64,000 nt of DNA from assembly GCA_010909165.1 (NCBI GenBank), contig VJWM01000134.1, positions 496,001 to 560,000 on the forward strand, read 5' to 3'. The notes below the pieces were generated by a model that was not told the DNA's origin, did not search any database, and worked only from the letters and a program-made list of their open reading frames with translations. Positions 23,338-35,772 of the stretch are shown here, in pieces. A program made the position numbers and the translations under genes. The DNA is from Anthoceros angustus. Lineage: Eukaryota; Plantae; Anthocerotophyta. How positions within the stretch are numbered: the stretch's first letter is position 1; each line of letters opens with the position of its first letter.

Positions 23338-25300
23338 AGCTAGGCATGAAATGAATTCGAATTCAGTTGAAATCATGAGAGCTTGCCTTTCTCAAAGTTG
23401 TTATCATCGATATCCATGTCAAGAGGGTCAAGGTTGCTTTCATCGTGGTCAAGAGGGTTGTTGTCATCCAAGTGAAGATCATTTTCATGTGCCAGAGCGC
23501 GTTCTCTAGATTTCTTCGTCCCACGCCTCTCCTTCTCGCCTCTTCGAGCTCCTCGTCTCCAGATGTGTTTGAGTCAGACACACATGCATAATTATCATCA
23601 TCGTTGTCTCCCCACCCCTACTCATGAAGGGGCTGCACCCACTGGGCCCCAGCAGATGCTCCAAGTGTAATAGCCTGGATCCTCGAGCACATCCTTGAAG
23701 TCGCATCAGCGGCTACTTTTGCCTTGTGCTCTGTGCCGGCCGAGCCCGATGCTCAGAACGCCGCCATTTTCTCTCATTTTCGCTTGTAAATTGTTTGCAC
23801 ATCTCCCATGTTCGGAACATATGCCTTGGAAAGCAAGGAGCAAAGTGCATGCACTTGACGACATATGCCCCACTCGCTAGCTTGTAAAGAATGTTAATGA
23901 CTAAGACACGCCTGCGAAATTAAAATAGGCCTAGGGCAGGATATCGATCATGAGGGGTTTGGAGCCACTCACCGCTTCTTCACGAAATGCCAAACCTTCC
24001 CTTGTCGCTAACGCTTGATCGCAAGTAAATACCCAATCCCTCCTTCCTTCCGCCTAGGTAGGACCGCTGACATCATTGAGCCTCAACGCTTCCTCGAGCT
24101 TCACACACATACGCTTGAACCAATATACGCTCTTGGTCTGCCAACTGGGCCACAACCTAAACCAACTCACAGCCAACACAACACAAGAGAATGGAAAGAT
24201 TTCCTACCTGTGGGCCCCTCTTATGCCCTTCCCATTCCACGTTCCACTTTTTGTTACAACCTTCAGCTCCCTTGAGGTTGGGAACACCTCGTCGCGATCC
24301 AAAATGCCCCACGACGATTTCATTTGTCATTGGGGGAGGGGGCATCAAATTACAGGTCTGCAAGAGGGCCAATTAAGATTCTTGAAAGCCATGGATGCAT
24401 GGGCAAGACACGACGAGGAACAAAATGAAAGCTTGCAAGCGGAAGGTAGCGGAAATACATACCATGATGAGCCCCGAGATAGAGCTCCGCACCCCGGCAA
24501 TCCTTCTTGCTACGGGCCATTTCAAGCCATGTGGCTTACACATTGTGAGGCTACGACCGTGATGTCGCAAGTCTTGGAGCTCGTTCCGGTATTTCCTTTC
24601 ATATGGCAACCATGGCAGGTCGACCGGGAGGCATTCCCTTGAGGTGCGACCATGATCGATATTCGGACTAGGTACCATTTGCCAAGCCAAGGTGCAAACA
24701 CCTAGTCACAATCAACTTCCGAATCCGAAGGAATTCGAGGAAGCCTTGCTTGGATACCTAGGTAAAGTACTACACTTCTCAAGCTTTCGACCACCAGTTC
24801 ACCTCTCACACCTCTCGCACCCGTATCACTACCCACTGATATATACTTTTCTTTTTGGTGACCTAGAGATACATATATAGCACTCATGACCTAATATAAT
24901 TGATATCGATAATTATGTAGTGTTGCTTCTTCTTTTAAAATTTACTCATTAATTTTTCTATTCATAACATAAAAGGTCCTTGTTCTTCAAGTATGCGGAA
25001 GGCATGCACTCCTTCGTATATAGAGTAAAAGTCCGTCCAAGAGACTCTTTGGTAATGCCATCATGCTGGTAGAGATTGAGCATCAATTCCGAGTTCACAC
25101 TAATATTTCCTTGGAGCTAGACATCCTCACATCGATGTCACAAAAGAGATTTTGAGAAAAAGTGGACCCGAGAAGCCTAATAAGAATTCAAAGAAGGCCA
25201 AACTGTACCTCTAGTACTTGGGTTTGATGCTTTCGGATTAAAGTCATATGCTAGGTTCTCTTTTAGAGTTCCTATCACCACTGATGGGGTCTATAGGCTT
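23338..25300 (+). mobile_element. Decayed CACTA element segment A (Tnp2-type transposase remnant on +, ~24000-25300)
   Basis: Inverted homologue of 25845-27853; remnants TYHDE...(RAILL-WTI), KRSLFF, FGLKS(Y/H). Confidence 0.55.
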
Positions 25301-25499
25301 TGCGTCTAGAAGCTCAACACCAAGTGGGTTGGCATTGATGGATTTGTGTGTGGTGGGTTGTGACTGGTGGTCTGATGGTTTGCTTGTAGGGGTGTTTAAC
25401 ACTAGGTGGGTTTGTCATCGAAAGTGGCGTGTATGTATTTCCAGTGCATGAAGCGCATTGTCTGCTCATTGGTTTAAGTCCTACCGGCTTCACAAACCC

Positions 25500-27853
25500 G
25501 ACCTAGATGTGTACATAGTGATTTTTTGAATTATGCTTGCTGGTCCTCGCCCACAATACATATGTGACTTGATTTTGCGAAGACTTTGTCCAGATGTACC
25601 AAACACAAGCACAGTGCCAAGACTTTGTCCAGATGTACCAAAAACAAATATTGAATTGAGATGGTTCGAACAATCATGTTGTCTATTTTCTTCTGCTCGA
25701 CAAGAAAACAACAGCTTTGCCTGAATGCTGAGAACATGTTCGACAATTCAATTATTATGAATAAAAACCCTTTAGTGAGTGCATTTCTTCCACATACCCA
25801 AAGAATAAGCAACCCGCCAATAGTGCGAAGGCTCCTTAATCTCCTTTGAGATGTGCGGATGGCTAGCACAAAAGAAATGTGGACCTTTTATGTTATAAAT
25901 CTCTGCAAGCTTAATGCAAGTAGCAAAGAGTCTCTTGGGCTAACTCTCGCTGTACATACAAAGGAGTGCATTCCTTCCGCATACCCGAAGAACAAGGACC
26001 TTTTATATTATAAATAAACTAATTGATTAGTTTAAAAGAAAAACCAACACTACGTAATTGTCAAGATTTATTAGGTCATGAGTGACTCTAGGTTACCGAA
26101 CAAAGTATATATTAAGAGGTGTGGGAGGTGAGCTGGCGATCGAAAGCTTGAGGAGTGTTGTAGTTTATCCAAGTACCCTACCTTATGTCTTCCGCGAATT
26201 CCTTCGGATTTGGAAGTTGATTATGACCAGGTGTTTGCAACTTGGCTTGGCGAGCCGATATCAATCATGGCCTCCCGGCTGACCTACTATGGCTGCCGTA
26301 TGAAAGGAAACACCGCAGCAAGCTCAAGGACTGCGACTATCACCGGGTGCTGTAACCTCACAGTGTGTAAGCCCTATGGGCTTGAAATGGTCCATAGCAA
26401 GAAGGATTGCCCGGGGTGCAGAGCTCCCATCACAGGGCTCATCATGGTATGTACTTCCACTTGCAAGGTTTCATTTTGGCATTCCTCGTGTCTCCGGTAC
26501 CTACCATGGATCCATGGGTTTCAAGATTCTTAATTGGCCTTCATGCAGCACCTGTTATTTGATGCCCCCCTCTCCCCTTCCCCGCCCCTCAATGACAAAG
26601 GAAACTCGTCGAGGGGCAATTCAGATCGGAACGAGGTGTGCCCAACCTCAAGGGTGCTGAAGGTTGTGACAAAAAGTGGAACATGGAAGAGAAATTGCGT
26701 CAGAGGGGTCCGTGGGTAATAAATATTTCCATTCTGTTGTGTTGCACATGTGTGCTAATGTTTTCTTTGCTTCCGGGATATTGATGTTGCATGCTTTGTG
26801 TGGAATTAGGAGGGATTTGTGGTGAATGTTGTTGATCAAATTCGCTTCAGGAGTGATTATTTGAAGTAGCATACGGGAGCCGTCCCGGCCCGGGAGAGCT
26901 TGGCTATGTGTTGGTTTAGGTTCAGGCCGAGCTGACAAACCACAGCTTATATTGGTTTTAGCTCTGTGTGTGTGTGTGTGTGTGTGTAGGAGAAGCTCAA
27001 GGGGAAGTCGTTGAGGCTCAATGACGGCGTCAAGCAATCCTACCTAAGCCAGAAGGAAAGGGGACGATTGGGTACTTACTTGCAAGTCAACCTTAGGCAA
27101 CAGGGGACAATTTTGACTGCAGCGCCCGTGAAGGCCTGGTGAGTGGCTCCAAATCGCTCCAGATCGAAATCCTACCCTAGGCCTGTTTTAATTCTGCCGG
27201 CATGTCTTAATTATTCTTAACATTCTTTACAAGCTAGCGGGCTAGCTAGCCTGTGGCATACGTCATCAAGTGCATGCGCTGAGCTCCTTTTTTTGCTTTC
27301 CCATGCTTATGTTTGAGAGCCAGAGAGATGTGCACAAACAGTTTACAAGTGATGAAGCTTAGCAGCGAATGGAGAAGTGATATAAAACAACATCGGGCTA
27401 TCAACCCGGCTGGGCACAAAGGCAGAAGGCAAAAGTAGCTGCTGCATAATGCACAGTTTCCGAGGACAAGCACGAGGATCCGGAGGACATTGAACTTGGA
27501 GAATTTGGAGCGGGGCCCGGGCCGGCCCCCTTCACGGGGCAGGATTAGGGGAAGGGGTAGGGGTAGGGGAGGTAGTGTTGAGGAAAATTATGCATATGGG
27601 TCTGATTCAGACACATCTAGAGCTGCGGAGCTCTAAGAAGGCAGAAGGAGGAGACGTGGGACGAGGAGATCTAGAGGAGCGCACGCGCTACGAACACATG
27701 AAAATGAAAATGATCTTCACCTGGACGACAAGAACCCTCTTGACCATGATGACAACAACGTTAACCTTCTTGATAAGGATATCAATGACAACAACCCTGA
27801 GAAAGGCAAGATCCCATGATTTCAAATGGTTCGAATTCATTTCATGCCTAGCT
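25500..27853 (-). mobile_element. Decayed CACTA element segment B (Tnp2/Transposase_21-type remnant on -)
   Basis: Collinear motifs after frameshift correction: LAHMCNTTEWKYL (MRH..DS..WKH), RAILL-WTI, YGSH, KRSLFF, IIELSNMF...LVHL. Confidence 0.6.
26965..26987. repeat. (TG)n microsatellite
   Basis: About 11 TG units. Confidence 0.9.
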
Positions 27854-28456
27854 AGAAAAAAAGAAAAAAGAAACCTAACTAATATGAACAGAATTAGGAG
27901 GCATCCGCCTCTCGTCTAACCGTGGACCCAAAATTCGGTGTTCCACACTAAGTCATTATCCGAGAATGTATCCTCATGTTCCCAATCACCTCCTACACAA
28001 AAAGCAAAAGCAGGACGCACCACCGTAATCTAGCTAGGAATCGAAAGGCTAGCCAGGTGTAGGGGTAGATTAGCATGAGCAATTGCAAAGAAGCGCATTC
28101 GGAAGACAAGAATTTACATGAAGCGGGAGGAGGATAGCGATCCCCATTTGAACAGACGGACGAAGAAAACCGGACCTAAGGAAAGGTCCAACAGTCGAGA
28201 GGGAGATAGGAGGTCGGAAAACTTACGGGAGGAGATAGAAGTTGAAGTCCGAACCTTGGGTGCCGAGGGTTGGTACCAGGCCTAGGAGCGGCGCGGATCA
28301 CTCCGCCGTCATGAACATGCATGAGTTAGTCTCCTACGATGCGGATGCGCAAAGAAGATTTTCACGAGACGGACGGTAGCGAACAGTAGCGAGAGGAAGG
28401 AAAAGCGCAAGAGCAGCAAGGAGGGAGCGCATGCAAGACATACATAGGGGAATTGT

Positions 28457-28772
28457 CCTTGGCGTTCGGAGGAGGAAAATCGGGCGCTGTCCTTGGCCTT
28501 TGGCAAATTTCGGACAGGCTGAAGACTGAACGGAAACGGGCGGTTTAGGGCTGCGACGTGGCCACGGACTGACCCCCTTGCGCATGTCCTTCGATTTTTC
28601 TTTCCTTGGCCTTTGGCAATTGGAGAACAGCTGAGATTTTCTTCCTTGGCCTTTGGTGGTTGAGGAATCGCTAACGTTTTGCTAACGGAGGAAAGAGTCC
28701 TTGGCCTTTGGACAGTAAGGGTTTTGTCCTTGGCCTTTGGGGTTTGGAAAATTCCCCATCACAGTATATAAG
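28457..28772 (+). promoter_or_regulatory. Putative promoter: five exact CCTTGGCCTTTGG copies plus one variant, then TATATAAG
   Basis: Exact copies at 28491, 28604, 28644, 28699, 28728; variant 28457; TATA 28765-28772; ATG at 28921. Confidence 0.55.
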
Positions 28773-28920
28773 GAAGTAGTCGGACATTGATCAGTTCATT
28801 TGGGCTAGGAAGGACTGGAGGACGGAGCGACAGGAGCTGTCTGTTGAAAAACAGGTCTGAAGAAACCCTTAGCCAAATTTTGGAGGAGAAGTCAAACTGT
28901 CCAGCAGGAGGAAATTGGAG

Positions 28921-29560
28921 ATGAAGACGCGCAACAGTCCTGGAGGAGTGCGCAAGCCGTCCCGCAGCAAGGAGGGAGCGAGCCTGGCAGCAAAGGAGAA
29001 GAAGAAGGAGAAGTCTGCGAAGGAGAAGCCCGAGAAAGATCAGGCCGAGCAGGAGGGGCCAGGGTTTCTATGTTTTAGTGTGCAAGTCTCCTCAAGAGAC
29101 TTGTGGGATTTTCGACAGTGGGCTGCTGACGATAACGTGCAGCTACAATGGGCTTACGATAGGCACTGGGCCTATTCTAATGTGGAACTGGTTGAGTCTT
29201 GCTACAGGCAGCTTGAACTCACGGAGGAAGAAACGGAGAACATGGAGGAGAGGAACTTGCGGATAGATCCGAAGGGATGGACTGTCCAGCACTTTCGTAA
29301 GGTATATGGGAGGCCAGAGAGCGAAAGTGATGGTGTGGCTCCCACCGAGAGGAATGAAGATGGAAAAAGAGCAGTAGTTGCTGACCTTCCCGAGGAAGCT
29401 CTCAGCAGCTCATCGGAGGGGTGGACGCGAAAACGCGAAATGGCTGGAGGACAGATAAGATTGCTGACCTCAAGTGGAAACTTTTTACAAGAATAGTCTT
29501 TGGTGACTGCTCGTGAACCACCTACTTAGTAGCGTTCTTTCATTTTATGTAGAAGTTGAA
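28921..29560 (+). CDS. Retroelement-type accessory protein (uncharacterised), frameshifted near 29400
   Basis: ORF 28915-29496 with basic N-terminus and DPKGWTVQHFRKVYGRPESESDG; shifted frame continues VDAKTRNGWRTDKIADLKWKLF; both motifs match the gypsy accessory ORF at 7863/18052. Confidence 0.55.
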
Positions 29561-30477
29561 GCAAGGAGCTCAGCCTAAGCGGGGACAATATCTTGTGATG
29601 ATTATTAGATCTCGAACTTCAGCAGTGTTTCCTTCATCGGCATCTATAGCGGTGTGAGGCCATGATCGATATCGGCTCGCCAAGCGAAGTTGCAAACACC
29701 TCGTCACAATCAACTTCCCAATCCGAAGGAATTCACGGAAGGCTTAAGGTAGCCCCTTCCCTCCCTATTAGGCTCTGAGGAGTATGTCTCTTCCGGCAAG
29801 ATGTCTCACTTTTCCTGAATTCGGTGCCAAGTTCGCTCACTTTTTCTAAATTTGGCGCCAAGTTCGCTCATCGACTGGAGGCAAATTCGCCATAGGTAAC
29901 ATCACTGCAATAGGATCATGCTGACGCCCGACTAGTTGATGTGGATGCAGGACATGATGGTTGCAGGATGGATATGATAAAGGAAATTGCGATGAGGATT
30001 TGTGGGAGGGAGGTTGCGGGATGAAAATTCTACATGTCCTTGAAATAGGGTAGCCCCTTCCTATCAGGCTCTGAGTATATCCTGCCCACAACGACGTTGA
30101 AACATCCAAGCCCCAAGGTGGTAGCTACATGAAAGTGGGTACTTATATAGGATGATACTCACAAACAGACATGGTGTGGCTTTGCGGGCTTCAGTAGGAA
30201 TCATTACCTCACAGCTGACTCATGCCTCCTTGACGAACATCTTGAAGAAGTTTTTTCGGATTTGAAAGCAGAGGGCAACGGCTGCATTGTGTCCATGGAG
30301 ATCAAGTAGCCCTCCACATTAGACTCTTAGAATTTCCATGAATATACATCTCTATAATTAAAGTTGGGAATTGAAACCAAGTCTGTTTCACATGGCTAGC
30401 TGTGCCTCCCTAAGAGCAAAAGCTGGATGGGTTGTCGTATGCCTAGGCACAGGAACCTTCGATAACGTATCCTTACC

Positions 30478-30577
30478 AAGTGATATGGACCAGACTGATG
30501 GTAAGTGATATGGACAGAACTGATGGTAAGTGATATGGACCAGACTGATGGTAAGTAATATGGACCAGACTGATGGT
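30478..30577. repeat. Four 25-bp tandem repeats AAGTGATATGGACCAGACTGATGGT
   Basis: Read directly. Confidence 0.9.
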
Positions 30578-30673
30578 TTAGTGCTTGGTTACGTATCCTT
30601 ATCAGGTAATATCGACTAATGGTTTAATGTAGTAAGCGTTTTCTAGCCGACTGAACACAAAAGAGGTGAATTC

Positions 30674-31302
30674 ACGACCCAAGACGCATAAGGATTATGA
30701 CGACCCAAGACGCATAAGGGTTATGACGACCCAAGACGCATAAGGATTATGACGACCCAAGACGCATAAGGATTATGACGACCCAAGACGCATAAGGATT
30801 ATGACGACCCAAGACGCATAAGGATTATGACGACCCAAGACGCATAAGGATTATGGCGACCAAGACGCATAAGTTATGTGACCCAAGACGCATAAGGATT
30901 ATGGCGACCAAGACGCGCAAGGATTATGGCGACCCAAGACGCATAAGGATTATGGCGACCCAAGACGCATAAGTTATGACGACCCAACGTCGGATTATAG
31001 CGACCCAAGGCATCTGATTATGACGACCCAAGACGCATAAGGATTATGTGACCAAGACGCGCATAAGGATTATGGCGACCCAAGACGATAAGGATTATGA
31101 CGACCCAAGACGCATAAGGATTATGACGACCCAAGACGCATAAGTTATGGCGACCCAACGCATAAGGATTATGACGACCCAAGACGCATAAGGATTATGA
31201 CGACCCAAGACGCATAAGGATTATGACGACCCAAGACGCATAAGGATTATGACGACCCAAGACGCATAAGGATTATGACGACCCAAGACGCATAAGGATT
31301 AT
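30674..31302. repeat. Minisatellite, ~24 copies of 26-bp GACGACCCAAGACGCATAAGGATTAT
   Basis: Head-to-tail units without spacers; outer units near-perfect, central units with indels and a GGCGAC variant. Confidence 0.95.
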
Positions 31303-32150
31303 GCGGACGCTCGGCTGGCTAATGCAGGACAAAACAACTTTCAGGGACGGTGTGAAGAGGATGTGTTGGATTCACGAAGTGCAGACGAGCTGCTTTGTCT
31401 TGAAATAAGGTAGCCCATTCCCTGTCAAGCTCTGAGAAAAAGGAAAACACAGCCAAACCAGTGAATCTGTCTCCTAGCAAAGAGACGTCCACCAGTATGA
31501 GATATTGCCCCACAGAAACACACGACACAATTGCGTCAATGATTGGGCAGACCTAGCTCCGGAGGCAACCGAAGATCACGCTCTCGCCTGACTCTGTATT
31601 CTTCTTGCAAATACTGGATCGAGTGAGAACACGTAGAATTCCTCGCTGGATGGAAATTTGTCGAGGAAGTTGCTCGGCCAAGCTTACTCATGGCCTCAGA
31701 GCTGGCTCCGAGGGTTGAAGGAGCTAGTCCAACTCGATTTTTTCTTCACAAGGCGAGCATGGGCGAACCCTGTTCATCTTGCACAGGAAGGGCTCTCATT
31801 TTCTCTTCCTTCTGGTACTCTCACCGGTGGGCGCAAGAGTGATCCCACTCGCCAACATATCTGTTCACCACCTGAACGTTAGTTGACCTCATCCAGAGCG
31901 ACCTTATCCTTGCGCACTTCAAATTGACAACATATAAAGGACCTGTGATCGAACCTAATCAGGTCGAGCCAACGGGAAGAGCAACAACCCTCCAGCAACA
32001 GTGGAAAAGATCCCTTACAACAGGCAATCACGGAGCACACAAGCTGTCCTCGAGGGACTCAAAGTGGGAATGTACGTTCCTAGACTACATCAATGTGCAT
32101 TCACACTAGAGCACTTCGAGGGTACCTGCTCCAGAGTTAGCTCCACCAAG

Positions 32151-35100
32151 CTAAGGAGCCATGAGCCCATCAATTGTGTACGCAAGTGAGGCAGCCCATT
32201 CAGCTTTGAATAATACGTTGTGGAGGGTGTCCATAATGTTCAGCTCCGGATCCAGCTTCCTTTGCCAGCCCTGTAACAATAATCCCAGGATCAGAATAGA
32301 TGGAAAGATGCAGAGATCAGACTGAAAACGCCACCTTCTGCTCAAGACTAGAAGTCTCACCTCAAGAACAAGAGTGGTGACCATGACAGTGCACACATCT
32401 CCATCTATGTTTACTCTATGCCGTCGAACTTGCTCTAGCAGCTCTTGCATACACTCCCCTGCATGGACAGTATCAGCTTCTTCTGTGCTCCAGTACCTGA
32501 ATGTTTGTTCCACCTCCTGAATACATCACGGTGTTAACTCTGTGGCTTGAAGGAGCCGACAAGCAAAGATTTGACGAAGCCATACATTGTTCTCACCTTC
32601 TTAAAAGCATTAGGATTCGGACAACTCTGAGATTTAGAGAACCTCAAGGTGCATTCCGCAGCTTTATGGCCATCTTTCAGTGCCACAGCCTTGAAGAACT
32701 CAAGCAGAGTAGCTCGATCCCGCTGGGACAGCTCAGCAGTCATTCCTACGTCGAGTAGAACCAGATGTGGACGGGTCCTGCCCATTCCTTTGGTTGCAGG
32801 AGATTTTCCTCTTTCAATTCGAACAAGAATGTTTCCCGGATGCATGTCTGCGTGGATGAAGTTGTCTACCTGAAGACACAACAGAAGGCACAAAACCAGT
32901 TAAGCAAAATACACACCAATACTATATTGATACCTAACCATCAGTAGGAGTGCAGATGACGTACTAAATAGTTACTGTGCACAAGCTGAAAGTTGCTGGA
33001 AGCTATCCATCTTCAGGCAATCTGCAGCACTGCAGGGTCTGTTTCAAGTACTAACCAGGAGCATCTTTAGCAGCGTATGAGTTCCAATGTGTGCAAGAGC
33101 ACTGTTGACACGACTTTTGCCTGGCCGGTCCACATATCTTGACACATTTTCTCCAGACTCGTCGTCTCCACCAACACAGCTGGATGCACCAGTGGGTAAA
33201 GAGGCTTGGAAAAGACACATCTGGCCACCCGCGGAAGTTGTAGATAAATCGACTGAGGTGTGCGGCTTCCTTGCAAGGTCAACCTGAGTCATCATGAATA
33301 CAGCAAATTGCTGAACGCTCTCGTCGAGCCTCAACCATTGCAGTCCTGGCAGCACAGTCGATAATTTTGCAAGCCAGTTAATGATGGTGAAGTCCCGTCG
33401 TATGCTATCACTGACACCAGGGTGTCTAACCTTAACAGCGACCACCATAGGTTTTGTCGCTTGCCCAGGATACCGGAACCGAAGAACAGCTCGATGCACC
33501 TGAGCTATACTACCAGAGGCAAGTGGCTCCTCCTCAAAGTCTTCAAATATCTCATTCAGCTTGCGACCAAATGCAGTCTCAACAGTGCGCTTCGTGTGGG
33601 AAAAATTGTGAGCTGGAGCCTTTGTATGCAACTGTGCCAGCTCACTGCAAAGATCTCTGGGAAAGAGGTCAGGCCTCGCTGCGGCCCACTGACCCCACTT
33701 GATGAATGCAGCTCCAGCTTGCTCTAGCAGCTCTTGCATACACTCCCTGCATGGACAGTATCAGCTTCTTCTGTGCTCCAGTACCTGAATGTTTGTTCCA
33801 CCTCCTGAATACATCACGGTGTTAACTGGCTTGAAGGAGCCGACAAGCAAAGATTTGACGAAGCCATACATTGTTCTCACCTTCTTAAAAGCATTAGGAT
33901 TCGGACAACTCTGAGATTTAGAGAACCTCAAGGTGCATTCCGCAGCTTTATGGCCATCTTTCAGTGCCACAGCCTTGAAGAACTCAAGCAGAGTAGCTCG
34001 ATCCCGCTGGGACAGCTCAGCAGTCATTCCTACGTCGAGTAGAACCAGATGTGGACGGGTCCTGCCCATTCCTTTGGTTGCAGGAGATTTTCCTCTTTCA
34101 ATTCGAACAAGAATGTTTCCCGGATGCATGTCTGCGTGGATGAAGTTGTCTACCTGAAGACACAACAGAAGGCACAAAACCAGTTAAGCAAAATACACAC
34201 CAATACTATATTGATACCTAACCATCAGTAGGAGTGCAGATGACGTACTAAATAGTTACTGTGCACAAGCTGAAAGTTGCTGGAAGCTATCCATCTTCAG
34301 GCAATCTGCAGCACTGCAGGGTCTGTTTCAAGTACTAACCAGGAGCATCTTTAGCAGCGTATGAGTTCCAATGTGTGCAAGAGCACTGTTGACACGACTT
34401 TTGCCTGGCCGGTCCACATATCTTGACACATTTTCTCCAGACTCGTACGTCTCCACCAACACAGCTGGATGCACCAGTGGGTAAAGAGGCTTCGGAAAAG
34501 ACACATCTGGCCACCTGCGGAAGTTGTAGATAAATCGACTGAGGTGTGCGGCTTCCCTTGCAAGGTCAACCTGAGTCATCATGAATACAGCAAATTGCTG
34601 AACGCTCTCGTCGAGCCTCAACCATTGCAGTCCTGGCAGCACAGTCGATAATTTTGCAAGCCAGTTAATGATGGTGAAGTCCCGTCGATATCACTGACAC
34701 CAGGGTGTCTAACCTTAACAGCGACCACCATAGGTTTTGTCGCTTGCCCAGGATACCGGAACCGAAGAACAGCTCGATGCACCTGAGCTATACTACCAGA
34801 GGCAAGTGGCTCCTCCTCAAAGTCTTCAAATATCTCATTCAGCTTGCGACCAAATGCAGTCTCAACAGTGCGCTTCGTGTGGGAAAAATTGTGAGCTGGA
34901 GCCTTTGTATGCAACTGTGCCAGCTCACTGCAAAGATCTCTGGGAAAGAGGTCAGGCCTCGCTGCGGCCCACTGACCCCACTTGATGAATGCAGCTCCAG
35001 CTTGCTCTAAGGTGTAATGAAGTAATCGCAACCAGATTTTGCGATACTTCCCATCAAATGAATCCACAAAAGGTGCTGTAACAACCGCAGGAGTGAAAAC

Positions 35101-35772
35101 AACAGCAAGATATATAGCGCGGAAAATGAGAGCCAAGCCCTCTATGCAGGTGAAGAAAAAGGCAAGAAAGGGGCTGCGGTGATAGCTTCCTTGACTGGTC
35201 AGTGGCATCATTGGATGTAGCTGTTCAGCCTCTGCCACATTTCTGTGCATCCAAGTTGCCTCTCCCAGTAAAAGAGCAAGTATGCGAGGGGTAACCTGTG
35301 ACCTTGCAAAGGCAAGGCTTGCAGCACTGACCATCCTTCCCAAAGGAAGAAATCCTTGAATATGACCCTTGTGCAACAAAGACCCCCATCCTACCTGCCC
35401 CTGGGAGGTCAAATCTGCACGCACCGCCGAAACAGATCTGCCAGTACTCCTTAAACTTCGATGCAATTCATCCAACATCTCACGCCCCAACTCCGAGAGA
35501 CCATTCCAGAAAGTACCGTAGGTGGAACTTGGTAATCTTGCTTCAGCAGCACTTCCCGCTGGCCCACCCCTAATCGCCAGCGCACTTGTCCTGAATCCAT
35601 TTGCAGCAACTGCAGATGACAAATTAGGGCCACTGTGCGGCACAAGTTTCGAATTCACCCCTCTCAAATCATGACCGAAACCTTCATGCAACGGAGCAGC
35701 TCTAACATGCCTGCGTGATCTCCCCTGCAAAACCCTACTAGGTTTTATCACGCCCCCTGACCACTTCCCCAT
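32151..35772 (-). CDS. ABC1K: ABC1/UbiB atypical kinase, ADCK2/plant ABC1K10-like (likely mitochondrial), with internal tandem duplication and frameshifts as assembled
   Basis: LEQAGAAFIKWGQW, PLASGSIAQVHRA, VAVKVRHP, NFIHADMHPGNILV, LLDVGM, C-terminal WQRKLDPELNIM; GT-AG introns (34339-34154, 33880-33805, 32360-32271 and duplicates). Confidence 0.93.
32429..35009. repeat. Internal tandem duplication, 1.29 kb unit (32429-33717 and 33718-35000), CTTGCTCTA at all three boundaries
   Basis: 9-mer at 32429, 33718 and 35001; introns and exons duplicated; copies nearly identical apart from small indels. Confidence 0.95.

Noticed and set aside
30674-31302. CRISPR array
   Set aside because: Units are contiguous with no unique spacers, no cas genes, eukaryotic context.
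31319-32100. Gypsy gag remnant on minus strand
   Set aside because: Only faint resemblance (NFLDKF, EEKMRAL); too weak to list as a feature.
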